IMG/VR virus record: IMGVR_UViG_3300036770_008166
Span: 1-64,000 of that record
Origin: a virus
Length of the DNA: 64,000 nucleotides
Reading direction: 5' to 3' (one strand)
Each line of letters begins with the position of its first letter. The stretch's first letter is position 1. The notes below the pieces were generated by a model, which did no database searches, was not told the origin of the DNA, and saw only the letters and a program-made list of their open reading frames with translations. The position numbers were made by a program, and so were the translations under genes. Shown here piece after piece: positions 9,930-19,313 of this stretch.

Positions 9930-10450
9930 TTTTCAATCACATTAAAGACCTTAAAGCACAAGGCAAGCGCATCGGTATCACGTTTTCTACCTTTGACATG
10001 TTGCATGCCGGACACATCGCCATGTTGGCCGAAGCCAAGAATCATTGTGATTATCTCATTGCTGGTCTGCAAACTGATCCCACCATCGATCGCCCCGATA
10101 CCAAGAATAAGCCAGTACAAAGCATCGTGGAACGCCAAATCCAATTGGCTGCATGTCGCTATGTGGATGAAGTGGTAGTGTACCAGACCGAGCAGGATCT
10201 CGTGGACCTGTTGCTGATCCTGCCCCTGGATGTTCGCGTGTTGGGAGTGGAGTATAAAGGCAGGCATTTCAGCGGTCGAGATGAATGTGAGCACCGAGGA
10301 ATCGAATGCATATTCAATGCTAGAGATCACAGTTTCAGTTCAAGCAGCCTGCGCAAGCGAGTGGTACAGGCCGAGATCGAAAAAAACCTTAGGAGTGGGA
10401 ACTCAGCAGCTCCTGCAGATGCCACGGACCCTTATATTCAAACTCGATGA
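9926..10450 (+). CDS. cytidylyltransferase (TagD/glycerol-3-phosphate type)
   Basis: TFDMLHAGH, AGLQTD, ER..QL..CRYVDEV and SSSSLR. Confidence 0.85.
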   Translation: MIFNHIKDLKAQGKRIGITFSTFDMLHAGHIAMLAEAKNHCDYLIAGLQTDPTIDRPDTKNKPVQSIVERQIQLAACRYVDEVVVYQTEQDLVDLLLILPLDVRVLGVEYKGRHFSGRDECEHRGIECIFNARDHSFSSSSLRKRVVQAEIEKNLRSGNSAAPADATDPYIQTR

Positions 10451-11169
10451 TCCTGTATGTAAATGGGTGTAGCCACACCGCTGCTGCCGAAGCAGTTAAT
10501 CCGCATGCATTTGCCTGCGATGACGGCGCACTCTGGCAACTGGGCCGTAGACCACATCCCGACAACGAACTGGTTAGTTGGGGCTACCAACTGAGCGGGC
10601 TGCTGGGTGCTGCGTTGGTCAATCAAAGCGAATCCGCTAGCAGCAATTATCGTATCATGCGTACCTGTCGCGCTTGGCTAGAATCCAATCCCGAAACCTG
10701 GCCGGATGTCTTGGTGATCATACAGTGGAGTACCTGGGAACGTGAAGAGTGGCTGATTGAGGATCAGTACTATCAAATCGGTGCCTCTGGTCTGGACCAT
10801 GTGCCGCCAGAATCACAAGATCAGTATCGTGAATTTGTGGTAAACGTAGATTGGTCCGAACGTGAAAGATTTTGGCATCAAGAAATCTGGCAACTGCACC
10901 GCTGGCTCAAGCGTTCGGGTATCCGCCATGTGTTCTTTAATGGCAACAACTATTTTGGTACCATATCCTATCCAAAATCCTGGGGCAGCAGCTATCTAGA
11001 TCCTTATAGCGTGCAAGGAACCTGGAATCATGTGCTTAGGTCACAGGGGTTCGATACAGTGAACACCAAGAGTTGGCATTTTGGGGCCGATGCCCATTGC
11101 TTTTGGAGTAGATATCTGTTACAATACTGCATAGACAACCATTTGGTAGAGCCATGCGATATCTCCTGA
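10447..11169 (+). CDS. SGNH/GDSL-like hypothetical protein
   Basis: LYVNGCSHT N-terminal block, SN.RI.R, QWS and C-terminal H.G..AH. Confidence 0.5.
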   Translation: MILYVNGCSHTAAAEAVNPHAFACDDGALWQLGRRPHPDNELVSWGYQLSGLLGAALVNQSESASSNYRIMRTCRAWLESNPETWPDVLVIIQWSTWEREEWLIEDQYYQIGASGLDHVPPESQDQYREFVVNVDWSERERFWHQEIWQLHRWLKRSGIRHVFFNGNNYFGTISYPKSWGSSYLDPYSVQGTWNHVLRSQGFDTVNTKSWHFGADAHCFWSRYLLQYCIDNHLVEPCDIS

Positions 11170-12161
11170 TCGACACAGCCAATATGTTTTTCCGGGCAAG
11201 ACACGTGGCCTTCAGGGCCAGCGATCCACAGGAAAAAGTAGGCTATGCACTTCACATCACATTGACCGCGATCAACAAGATGGCCCGCAAGTTCGGCCCC
11301 GATCATGTAGTGTTTGCCCTGGAAGGACGCAGCTGGCGCAAGGATTTCTACGAACCTTACAAAAAAAACCGTGCTGCGGCCCGAGCTGCATTGACCGAAA
11401 GCGAACAGGAGGAAGACCGCCTTTTCTGGGACACATATGACAGTTTCACGACTTATCTGGCCGAGCACACAAATTGTTCTGTGATACGGCACCCGGCCGC
11501 AGAAGCCGATGACATCATAGCTCGCTGGATCGCGCTACATCCTCGAGATCATCATACCATAGTTTCCAGCGACACTGATTTTGTGCAGTTGATCAACGAA
11601 AATGTTGACCAATACAATGGTATCACCGACGAACTTATCACAGTGCGCGGTATTTTTGACGCCAAGGGACGAGAGATAATCGACAAAAAAACCAAGGCAG
11701 CAAAAACAATTCCGGATCCGGAATGGTTGTTGTTTGAAAAATGCATGCGTGGTGATGCCTCGGACAATGTTTTTTCAGCGTACCCAGGTGTGAGGACCAA
11801 AGGCACCCGGAACAAGGTGGGTCTCGAAGAAGCCTTCCAAGATAGAACCAACAAAGGTTATGCCTGGAACAATCTCATGCTACAACGCTGGACTGATCAC
11901 AACGGAACAGAACACAGAGTGTTGGATGACTATCAGCGTAATCGACAATTGATCGATCTGCGTTCCCAGCCTGCAGAGGTAAAAGATTACGTAGACGCGG
12001 CCATACGAGATCAAATCAGTCATAGAGATGTTGGCCAGGTCGGCGTGAGATTCATGCGATTCTGCGGCCGGCACGAACTGACCAAGATCAGTGATACCGC
12101 GGATCAATACGCTAGCTGGCTTAACACCACTTACCAAGGAGTGCTTGATGATCATAGCTAA
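11154..12161 (+). CDS. T4-type RNase H / 5'-3' exonuclease (FEN family)
   Basis: LLIDTAN, SWRK..Y..YK.NR, EADDII, SSDTDF.QL and GD.SDN. Confidence 0.9.
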   Translation: MRYLLIDTANMFFRARHVAFRASDPQEKVGYALHITLTAINKMARKFGPDHVVFALEGRSWRKDFYEPYKKNRAAARAALTESEQEEDRLFWDTYDSFTTYLAEHTNCSVIRHPAAEADDIIARWIALHPRDHHTIVSSDTDFVQLINENVDQYNGITDELITVRGIFDAKGREIIDKKTKAAKTIPDPEWLLFEKCMRGDASDNVFSAYPGVRTKGTRNKVGLEEAFQDRTNKGYAWNNLMLQRWTDHNGTEHRVLDDYQRNRQLIDLRSQPAEVKDYVDAAIRDQISHRDVGQVGVRFMRFCGRHELTKISDTADQYASWLNTTYQGVLDDHS

Positions 12162-12597
12162 ACCAGTGATACCCAATCAATACTGGATATTGAAACAGGA
12201 TGATCGCAAAATCGGAAACATAGAAGCCGGCGGCGATGGTTATTCAGTCAAAATCAATAACCAAGTACAGAAGTTCAAAACCATACCCATGGTACGCAGG
12301 CGCATCAACATCGAATTTGAGTCCCCACCGCGGTCTGTGACCAAACTGCCTAAAGGTATCTATGGCTACGAAGTGCAGGGGCAACATTTCAACGAAGTCT
12401 GGAATGCCAAACTCAACGTGCCGTTGTTTACAAAAACTGCCAAAAGCAAGAGTTGGTTTGCAGCAGGATGGTACGCAGTCCGACAAGGACGACAATGGAA
12501 AACAGTGCATCAACCCAAATTGATCCTATTGGAGCGTTATGACTATCGGGGGCCATATCACACCAGAGAGCAAGCCGGTGACCCAACCTCTACGTGA
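12148..12597 (+). CDS. hypothetical phage protein
   Basis: Coupled ORF; likely start ATG 12148. Confidence 0.65.
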   Translation: MIIAKPVIPNQYWILKQDDRKIGNIEAGGDGYSVKINNQVQKFKTIPMVRRRINIEFESPPRSVTKLPKGIYGYEVQGQHFNEVWNAKLNVPLFTKTAKSKSWFAAGWYAVRQGRQWKTVHQPKLILLERYDYRGPYHTREQAGDPTST

Positions 12598-13006
12598 TGA
12601 TCTCATGGTGCAGCAACAACTGCCTTCTGGGTTTACCTTGAACGGTGCCTGGCAGCACATGGTAGCAGTTATCATGTTGAACCAGACCGGACGCAAGCCC
12701 GTGAAATCGGTGTTCCCTGTATTCATGAGCAAATGGCGCACACCTCATGGGTTCTCGCTGGCTACTGAAGATGAAGTCAAAAATGTGATCTGGCCTTTGG
12801 GCATGGTCAATGTTCGATACAATAGGCTGAAACGGATGACCGAAGACTTCTTGACTTGGGACGGTGATGATGCTACAATGCTGTATGGTATCGGCAAATA
12901 TGGTTCTGATAGTTATGAGATCTTTTTTAAACAGAACTATCAAATTGAGCCCACTGACAAAGAACTCAAAAGATATCTAGCGGAGGAAGTATATGATCAA
13001 GTATAG
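12578..13006 (+). CDS. MBD4-like HhH-GPD DNA glycosylase
   Basis: WQHMVAVIMLNQT...LYGIGKYGSDSYEIF...PTDKEL closely parallels the MBD4 glycosylase domain. Confidence 0.75.
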   Translation: MTQPLRDDLMVQQQLPSGFTLNGAWQHMVAVIMLNQTGRKPVKSVFPVFMSKWRTPHGFSLATEDEVKNVIWPLGMVNVRYNRLKRMTEDFLTWDGDDATMLYGIGKYGSDSYEIFFKQNYQIEPTDKELKRYLAEEVYDQV

Positions 13007-13355
13007 TCCTGTAAACCCAGAGTCTGCTGTAGAACGCATCGATTTCTACCGAGGAGACAAAAAGATCACCCTGGTCAATCGATTTGACGCCTATGTGGGC
13101 TATGTGGATGAGGAAGAAGACGATTTCGATCCGGACAACTATGACGAGAATCTGGGCGAGATCATGCTGTTTGTTGATGCCGAAGAAGGCGACCGTGTGG
13201 AGTTCGCAGTGGAAGGTGACATCACCGACGAGGAAAAGTCTGAGATCATTGCCGCGTTCCAGGAGGACTTTGAACACGGTGTAGAAGCCCTGGGCTGGGA
13301 CTGGTCGGATCGCGAAGTCTGGTTCTATGGACCCATCCTGTGCGAGGAAGAATGA
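12993..13355 (+). CDS. acidic hypothetical protein
   Basis: 120-aa D/E-rich ORF with GGAGG RBS. Confidence 0.65.
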   Translation: MIKYSPVNPESAVERIDFYRGDKKITLVNRFDAYVGYVDEEEDDFDPDNYDENLGEIMLFVDAEEGDRVEFAVEGDITDEEKSEIIAAFQEDFEHGVEALGWDWSDREVWFYGPILCEEE

Positions 13356-13693
13356 AAAAGTATCACATACACAACATCGGCGGTGAGGTAGTCAAAGACA
13401 ACGAAGTTTATTTGTTGAAAGACAACCACGATCTAAATAATCTCATCCTGAGTTTTACACGGTTGTATCGAGGTCAGCAAACTCGTGGCCATCGACATGA
13501 AGGACAAGAAGAAGTTTACTTTTTTGTTTACGGTCGTGGAAAGATGATAGTGGGCGAAGAAACTGATGAGCCCGTTGCTGTAGGCCCGGGAGATGTTGTT
13601 CTCATTCCCGACGGTGCTTTCCACCGTGTGATCAACGATGGCGATGGGCACATGCTGTTCAACTGTGTGTTCCAAGGCAGGAGGAATCATTAA
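13352..13693 (+). CDS. cupin domain protein
   Basis: GHRHEGQEEVY...GDVVLIPDGAFHRVIN. Confidence 0.85.
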   Translation: MKKYHIHNIGGEVVKDNEVYLLKDNHDLNNLILSFTRLYRGQQTRGHRHEGQEEVYFFVYGRGKMIVGEETDEPVAVGPGDVVLIPDGAFHRVINDGDGHMLFNCVFQGRRNH

Positions 13694-14215
13694 TGGAACG
13701 TCTGTACCGCATCACTCCCTTGGAAAAAGAAATCGGTAGAATACTTTGTGGATGTGTTTGAGCGCATGCCAGATGGCACCATCCGTGGCTTTGAAGTCAC
13801 TGAAATATGGCGCTGGGGAGTTGGCTTTCGCGAGGAAGACGAAGAGGTCTGGGCATGGGAAGTCGGCAACAATGGTGTACACTGTAGGCCCCAGATAGGT
13901 TGGGGCTGCGAACTTGACGACCTGTGTTCTGTTTATGTAAACTTCTCGGATGGATTCACCGACGCAGAGAAAGCCGATATCGAAGCCATACTGCGCTGGG
14001 AGAAGGAAGACGACGACGGACGCTGCGGCACCGGCTGGATCTATGATGGTGATCACAACTGGGAGATCGAGGACGAGCATGTGTGCATCACAGGTCCTGT
14101 GAAGATTGACTTAGTAGATGCCAATGGCTATGGTGATTCTGCTGTGCTAGAAGCCGATATTCAACCCTATGACCCTGACAACAAGCAAGATGACAAAGGG
14201 TGGCCACAAACATGA
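13693..14215 (+). pseudogene. acidic hypothetical protein with apparent +1 frameshift near its 5' end
   Basis: ATG 13693 (GGAGG RBS, coupled to the cupin stop) is out of frame with the main ORF by one A in the run at 13724-13728. Confidence 0.5.
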
Positions 14216-14424
14216 GCCTACATATCCATCGTTTCATCGATCTCATAAAGTCAGCAGAATCACGCAATCAGAAAGACCTACACATGTCATTGCGAGATGC
14301 CAAAGACCTGCATGGTGATATCACCAAGTTGCTGACCACACTAGAACAACTGCGTGCTCACAGCGTGCAGGATACCAACACAGTGGAACTACAGATCTCC
14401 GGGGGCAGCTTCAAAAACGACTAG
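14212..14424 (+). CDS. hypothetical phage protein
   Basis: Coupled ORF. Confidence 0.6.
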   Translation: MSLHIHRFIDLIKSAESRNQKDLHMSLRDAKDLHGDITKLLTTLEQLRAHSVQDTNTVELQISGGSFKND

Positions 14425-14455
14425 TTTAATCATAAATAAAACTAGGAGTACATGA

Positions 14456-14752
14456 ATGAGCCGACCCAAACCCACTGTGCTGATTGAGCACACAGATCGA
14501 AATACCTACCGGTCCGAGCAGGTGCTGGCCTCTGACGGTGTGTGGGCAGTGTTTTATCAAGGTCAGCCCATCAATCTCAAAACCGGCAACATGCTGACCC
14601 AGTATCCCGGACCCAAATACAAAAAAGTCAGTTTTTCCAATCCTGGTCATGCTATAAATCTAGCACGCAAACTGAACACCCAGTTCAAGACCGAAGACTT
14701 TACTGTGGTGCTAATGCGTTCAGGGGAGCAGGTCTTCCCCCGTGCTGGATAA
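14456..14752 (+). CDS. hypothetical phage protein
   Basis: AGGAG RBS, preceded by ATAAATA late-like motif at 14432-14438. Confidence 0.7.
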   Translation: MSRPKPTVLIEHTDRNTYRSEQVLASDGVWAVFYQGQPINLKTGNMLTQYPGPKYKKVSFSNPGHAINLARKLNTQFKTEDFTVVLMRSGEQVFPRAG

Positions 14753-15110
14753 AACAGATCTCACACACCAGATACTGGCCCTGATCAAAGATAGTTGCGA
14801 TCTCAAGGCAGGAACAGCATTGTCGCAGTGGTGGGTTGATTTCCGACCCACCGGTGGCATGCGATTGACCGACGACGGATACAAGATCTTTTCGTCCATG
14901 CTAGAACTCGAAAGCTGGCGCTTTGCAGTTGGCACTGACGTCTTGCAGCCGCGCAATTTGATCCTGCTGGATCGCAAGATGCGATTTCCTTATTATCTCC
15001 AAAGAGCACGAAGGCAACACTGGTTGCACATGTTTGGGGACAAAGAAGCCATGATGGCCACCCTGTACGGTGATATAGAGCAGTGGTTAAAGAGCCTAGA
15101 GAAGGCGTAG
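14742..15110 (+). CDS. hypothetical phage protein
   Basis: Coupled 122-aa ORF. Confidence 0.6.
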   Translation: MLDKTDLTHQILALIKDSCDLKAGTALSQWWVDFRPTGGMRLTDDGYKIFSSMLELESWRFAVGTDVLQPRNLILLDRKMRFPYYLQRARRQHWLHMFGDKEAMMATLYGDIEQWLKSLEKA

Positions 15111-16070
15111 GGCGAGTTCTTGGCAGGCCAGCCGAAACGTGAGTTCCATGCGGGCCGTGTAGTCTGACAGCACAAATTGCTGTTGCTGCTGCAGGCGTGC
15201 TTGATAAGGGCCAAGATCGATACGGCCCTGGATGAGATCTTCATTGAGCCAGAGTGCGGCTTCAGCCCTGCGGTTGTTGGCCAAAGAATCATATGACGTG
15301 TCCACAAGATCTCGGAACATATCAAATCCCAGCTCTTCACAGTCCTGCACTATGCCGGCATAACCAACAACGATAGGAATCTGGCAAGCCAGCAAAGCCA
15401 TGGTGGTTTTTTCGGTGATGATACCTGGAGCGGTATCATACTGTGTTTCGGTCACGATGTTCACGGCACATTCGCTGTACACTGGTAAAAGGCGCAGCCA
15501 GTTTTGCTCGTTTTCTGTTCCCGGATAGGTATCATAGGCCCAATCCGGCAATGGAACAGACATACCCAGACTGAGCACACCGTTGGGCCAGTGCTGCAAT
15601 ATACTCGCCACACGCTGTCGATGATCACATTTGCGGCCATTAAGACACTGCCAGGCCCGAGTCTTGGGTTTGGTGATTTTGGCTTGCCACACAGATTCTT
15701 GAGCTCGCAGATTGCGAATGACCTGCCACTCATGGCTGGCAAACTCGATAAGGTTGATAGCGCCATCATAGTATCTAGACAGAGCATGCGGCCAATGTGT
15801 CACGATCACTCTGTCACTGCGATCTCCGTAGTGCTGTTCCACCCGATTCAGCTCCAGGATGCCATGCGACGTTGCCGTCACGAAATCTTGGAAATGCAGC
15901 AGCAACACAGTGTTGGCGCGCCATTCTAGATCTGGCAGTTTCAGCGGCCAGCCTGTGTCGGCACAGTAAGGTGGTTCAAAACAGTTGTATTGAGCCACAA
16001 CATCGAACCCCATGGTAGACAGCACATGAGAAAACATCACGGTGTAATCATCGAAGTCAGCGTCAGTCAT
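15096..16070 (-). CDS. GT10-like 'ET...TEK' family protein
   Basis: CLNGR...HR and IVTET...ITEKT...PIVVG...LGFDMF...SYD, shared with 7 other ORFs in the window. Confidence 0.55.
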   Translation of the reverse strand: MTDADFDDYTVMFSHVLSTMGFDVVAQYNCFEPPYCADTGWPLKLPDLEWRANTVLLLHFQDFVTATSHGILELNRVEQHYGDRSDRVIVTHWPHALSRYYDGAINLIEFASHEWQVIRNLRAQESVWQAKITKPKTRAWQCLNGRKCDHRQRVASILQHWPNGVLSLGMSVPLPDWAYDTYPGTENEQNWLRLLPVYSECAVNIVTETQYDTAPGIITEKTTMALLACQIPIVVGYAGIVQDCEELGFDMFRDLVDTSYDSLANNRRAEAALWLNEDLIQGRIDLGPYQARLQQQQQFVLSDYTARMELTFRLACQELALRLL

Positions 16071-16680
16071 AGAACCAGGTAGAACTGAAACGAAATCCTG
16101 CAGTCAGCTCTTGGCATAACATATCTATGCAGAGCCGGGTATCGTGTAGATGATGATTGGTGCTGTTATCGCCTATTTCCAACCAGGACACAGCCCAGGG
16201 TGTTCCGGCGTCGGTACGGGTGTAAAAGAGATGAGCTGATTGCGGATCTAAATCCAAGAGGTCAAACAACTGAACCTGGCCAGTGATCTGCTGCCATCCA
16301 GCAAACTCATGCCGCTGGTCTGATCTCGCCGTGATCAAAACCGAAACAGTTGACAACGAGGGCAAGAGACTCAGGGCCATGAGGCGTGTATCACCACAGT
16401 CTACAATCAGTCGCCCACGATCGAGATGTGCCAGTATGGGTTTGCGGATAGGCATGCGATCCAGATTATGATAGATCCAACGCACTCGCACCATGCGTGC
16501 CACACAATCCTGCTGCAGATCGGTGAGATTGCGCGGATCAGGTGACATCTCCAGCAGCTGGTTGGCCCGATACATGGCTTCGGTCAGGGAGAGCACAGGC
16601 GATAGATGGTCTGTCCTGATTGAGGGGTGATACCACATGTGATAGTCAGGAGCCAGCAGCAATTGGACCTGATCGATCAT
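16063..16680 (-). CDS. hypothetical protein (possible ParB-like motif)
   Basis: IRKPIL...IVDCGDTRL. Likely start ATG 16680. Confidence 0.5.
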   Translation of the reverse strand: MIDQVQLLLAPDYHMWYHPSIRTDHLSPVLSLTEAMYRANQLLEMSPDPRNLTDLQQDCVARMVRVRWIYHNLDRMPIRKPILAHLDRGRLIVDCGDTRLMALSLLPSLSTVSVLITARSDQRHEFAGWQQITGQVQLFDLLDLDPQSAHLFYTRTDAGTPWAVSWLEIGDNSTNHHLHDTRLCIDMLCQELTAGFRFSSTWFYD

Positions 16681-17756
16681 GCAATAAGTGGAATGGTGTT
16701 GTACCACCAGGTAGCAAAATCGCTCGACCATTTTGAGCGCATTTCCGTCAAGACCTCTCGATTGTGTTTGGCTGCCTCGGCACATCTAATCTGCAGATCA
16801 CTAAATTTCATGTCCATCATGCTCTCTACCGAATCTGCTGCTTCAAATATAAAATCGACCATTTTGTCACCATAACGAGCGGTGTGGTTTTCGATCATGC
16901 TGTCGTAGCGATGGGCGATCACGTCCTGGAGCACATCAAATCCCAAACTGGTCAGTCTGGCTATCGTATGTCTCCCACTGTACAGCATCCAGGGCGCCGG
17001 CCGGCACAACACTCGAAACGTCTTTTCGCTTAGGGCAATCACATTGTCGCTACTGTAGGTCTCGGGTGTGATGTTTAACCACGCTGACACATGCACCGTT
17101 TCATGATCGAGATCGTGATTGCGCAGCGGCATGCGATCCTGCCATTGTCGAAAAGTTTCTCCATAGGTTTTGTGATATCCTTGCGCTATGTTTTCCAGGG
17201 TGTTAAATTCGCGTCGAAAATTTTCCTGTAATGCCTCGACGCTGTCATTTTTTCCTTGCCAGCTCCAACAGTTGAAATTCATGTAGTCTGTGGTGTCATG
17301 ACAACCCTGTAGATGTGCGCGTTGTATGAGTTCTAGGAACAGTAACAAGCGTTTGTTATCGATACGATTCACAGCAAAATTGAACCTGCGTTGCGGATTC
17401 CATATCGACTGGGATGGAGAATGACAATAGATACCAAAAAAACTATCCGGTAATCGAGCCACACGATATTGGGTAGGACAGTTGATCAAATTATCTGTGA
17501 TCACTATAGTATTAGGATCGAAAAGATACGGCGTTTTTGTTGACCAATCTTGGCTGCATGAGGTAAAATCATCCACCAAGCAAACAATGACCTGTTGCCC
17601 GCGGCGCTGCCAGATCTTTCCGCTGTCGCTGCACCGTTCATAGCCCAAGGCCGACAGCTGAGTGCGGAAAAAATCCATCAGCGCGTTTTCGTGCCAGATA
17701 CACTGACTCTGTTGCCAGATTTCGCTGTCGTATATGTTTTGATATGATGCAATCAT
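16677..17756 (-). CDS. GT10-like 'ET...SEK' family protein
   Basis: ITPET...LSEKTFR...PW...LGFDV...YD. Confidence 0.55.
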   Translation of the reverse strand: MIASYQNIYDSEIWQQSQCIWHENALMDFFRTQLSALGYERCSDSGKIWQRRGQQVIVCLVDDFTSCSQDWSTKTPYLFDPNTIVITDNLINCPTQYRVARLPDSFFGIYCHSPSQSIWNPQRRFNFAVNRIDNKRLLLFLELIQRAHLQGCHDTTDYMNFNCWSWQGKNDSVEALQENFRREFNTLENIAQGYHKTYGETFRQWQDRMPLRNHDLDHETVHVSAWLNITPETYSSDNVIALSEKTFRVLCRPAPWMLYSGRHTIARLTSLGFDVLQDVIAHRYDSMIENHTARYGDKMVDFIFEAADSVESMMDMKFSDLQIRCAEAAKHNREVLTEMRSKWSSDFATWWYNTIPLIA

Positions 17757-17779
17757 GCAGATACTTATTGGCTCATAGG

Positions 17780-17808
17780 TTGACCGGAAAATCATCACCT
17801 TGTATAAT
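17780..17808 (+). promoter_or_regulatory. sigma70-type promoter
   Basis: TTGACC-N17-TATAAT. Confidence 0.75.
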
Positions 17809-17814
17809 GGTTTA

Positions 17815-18014
17815 TAAAGTGCACCGGCGACATTTGACAGCGTGAGTGATGTTGGGGGTCAAGCCTCCCAGAGGCCCGAGCAGCCGGTGCCGTGAATGCT
17901 TTGTTCTGCTCGCCCCGCTCCTGTGGTGCCACTGGACGCGCCAACCAATCACTTGGTCCAGAGTAGGTAAGTGCTTGCTAACCCCTAAAGTTAGTGCGCA
18001 CTTACCTACTTTTT
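17815..18014 (+). ncRNA. candidate stand-alone structured ncRNA
   Basis: Lies between a promoter and a terminator with no plus-strand ORF in the track. Stems: GCACCGGC/GCCGGTGC, GGGGG/CTCCC, CTGGAC/GTCCAG. Confidence 0.5.
17962..18014 (+). terminator. long hairpin plus T tract
   Basis: AGTAGGTAAGTGC/GCACTTACCTACT 13-bp stem, inner CTAAC/GTTAG, then TTTT. Confidence 0.6.
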
Positions 18015-18021
18015 CTATGAC

Positions 18022-18050
18022 TTGACCAGAAATGCCTTTTCTGATATAAT
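18022..18050 (+). promoter_or_regulatory. sigma70-type promoter driving a probably leaderless mRNA
   Basis: TTGACC-N17-TATAAT with the ATG 7 nt downstream and no RBS. Confidence 0.75.
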
Positions 18051-18056
18051 AACAAT

Positions 18057-18401
18057 ATGGAAATGAAAAAAGCACCCCGCAAAAAACGCACAGATCGTAC
18101 CCACATCGTGTACCGTATCCAATCTGGCTCGGACTTCTATATCGGAGTCACTGCCAAGACTGAGTCAACAGTGTTGAAGAGTGTGAGGGTGCGCATGAAC
18201 AAACATCTGTATCGTAGCCGGTCAGAAGATAAATCCTGGGCACTGTACGAGGCTCTCCGTGATCGTGGTCCGGAGTGCTTTTCCTACTCTATCGTGAGTG
18301 TGGTGCGTGGCAAGACCGCGGCGCATCATGTGGAGCGTGCCCTGATCCGCGAACTGCGCCCCACGCTGAACACCGACGTGAGAGAAAGGCAGGCAGTATG
18401 A
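18057..18401 (+). CDS. small GIY-YIG nuclease-like protein
   Basis: HIVYRI...FYIGVT...R...H...E..LI....P.LN. Confidence 0.7.
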   Translation: MEMKKAPRKKRTDRTHIVYRIQSGSDFYIGVTAKTESTVLKSVRVRMNKHLYRSRSEDKSWALYEALRDRGPECFSYSIVSVVRGKTAAHHVERALIRELRPTLNTDVRERQAV

Positions 18402-18622
18402 ACGAACGAATCCGAAAACTTGCTGAACAGGCTGGTGCTACATTAAATGAGGGGTTCGATGGCAACAAGAATTTTGTTTATGCAATTACAACGAGCCCAG
18501 AAGAATTGAAAAAATTCGCCGAGTTGATCGTGCGAGAATGCATGGATAATTTGGCATGGCATGGGCATGATGAAGCAGTTAGCCAGTTGGATTGGTTTCT
18601 GCATCATAAAATTCGGAGTTGA
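18398..18622 (+). CDS. hypothetical phage protein
   Basis: [13 protein letters not shown]...[10 protein letters not shown]; coupled start. Confidence 0.65.
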   Translation: MNERIRKLAEQAGATLNEGFDGNKNFVYAITTSPEELKKFAELIVRECMDNLAWHGHDEAVSQLDWFLHHKIRS

Positions 18623-18625
18623 AGA

Positions 18626-18958
18626 GTGACTGAAAGACTGATCCGCGATGGTTCGGTGGCGGTGCTGTACTCGCCGGGCTATGGTGCTGGGTGGTCGACC
18701 TGGTGCCAGGAGGATGTGACGATGCGGCTGAGCATGCTGTTCGATCCGCAGATCGCGGATATCCGGGATCGGAGTGACGCAGACTGGAAGGAAAAAGCCC
18801 AAGCCATCGCCCTCGTAAAATATCCAGAGGCATATATAGGTGGGCTCTCGGATCTTGAAGTACGGTGGTTGCCGGTGGGCACCCAGTTCCGTGTGCTAGA
18901 ATACGATGGAAGCGAAAGCGTAGAGGTCAACGGAGAAATAGAATGGATCACAGCATGA
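18626..18958 (+). CDS. hypothetical phage protein
   Basis: VAVLYSPGYGAGWSTW...EYDGSE. Confidence 0.7.
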   Translation: MTERLIRDGSVAVLYSPGYGAGWSTWCQEDVTMRLSMLFDPQIADIRDRSDADWKEKAQAIALVKYPEAYIGGLSDLEVRWLPVGTQFRVLEYDGSESVEVNGEIEWITA

Positions 18959-19089
18959 CTCGAGCGAAACAACAGATAAGACAGCGCAACTGGGTGGCCA
19001 AAAACAATCGCAATCGTTCTGCGCGCCATCGTGTGGCCACGGACTATCAACGACAACCCAAGCATCGCAACCAGGAGGAACAGGCATGA
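18955..19089 (+). CDS. small basic phage protein
   Basis: RNWVAKNN...H...YQRQPKH; coupled on both sides. Confidence 0.55.
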   Translation: MTRAKQQIRQRNWVAKNNRNRSARHRVATDYQRQPKHRNQEEQA

Positions 19090-19313
19090 TCGAACTTACC
19101 GGACTTTCGCCCCTGCAACAGGAACTGGCCGAACGCATGTGGAACATGAACAGCATGGATGAAATCGTGGCCTGGATACAGATGATGCCTCGATCGGTGG
19201 CCTTGCAGGCCTACATCGTGATGCAGATGATCATAGCGGCCGAGATCGATCGTCAGGCCGAGGACGATTTATCCGCAGCCAATGCCATCATTGATCGGAT
19301 CCGCTCATGCTGA
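19086..19313 (+). CDS. hypothetical phage protein
   Basis: AGGAGG RBS; coupled. Confidence 0.65.
   Translation: MIELTGLSPLQQELAERMWNMNSMDEIVAWIQMMPRSVALQAYIVMQMIIAAEIDRQAEDDLSAANAIIDRIRSC

Noticed and set aside
17812-18075. 87-aa minus-strand ORF over the ncRNA
   Set aside because: It runs through a promoter and a terminator hairpin of the opposite strand, has no RBS and gives an implausible protein.
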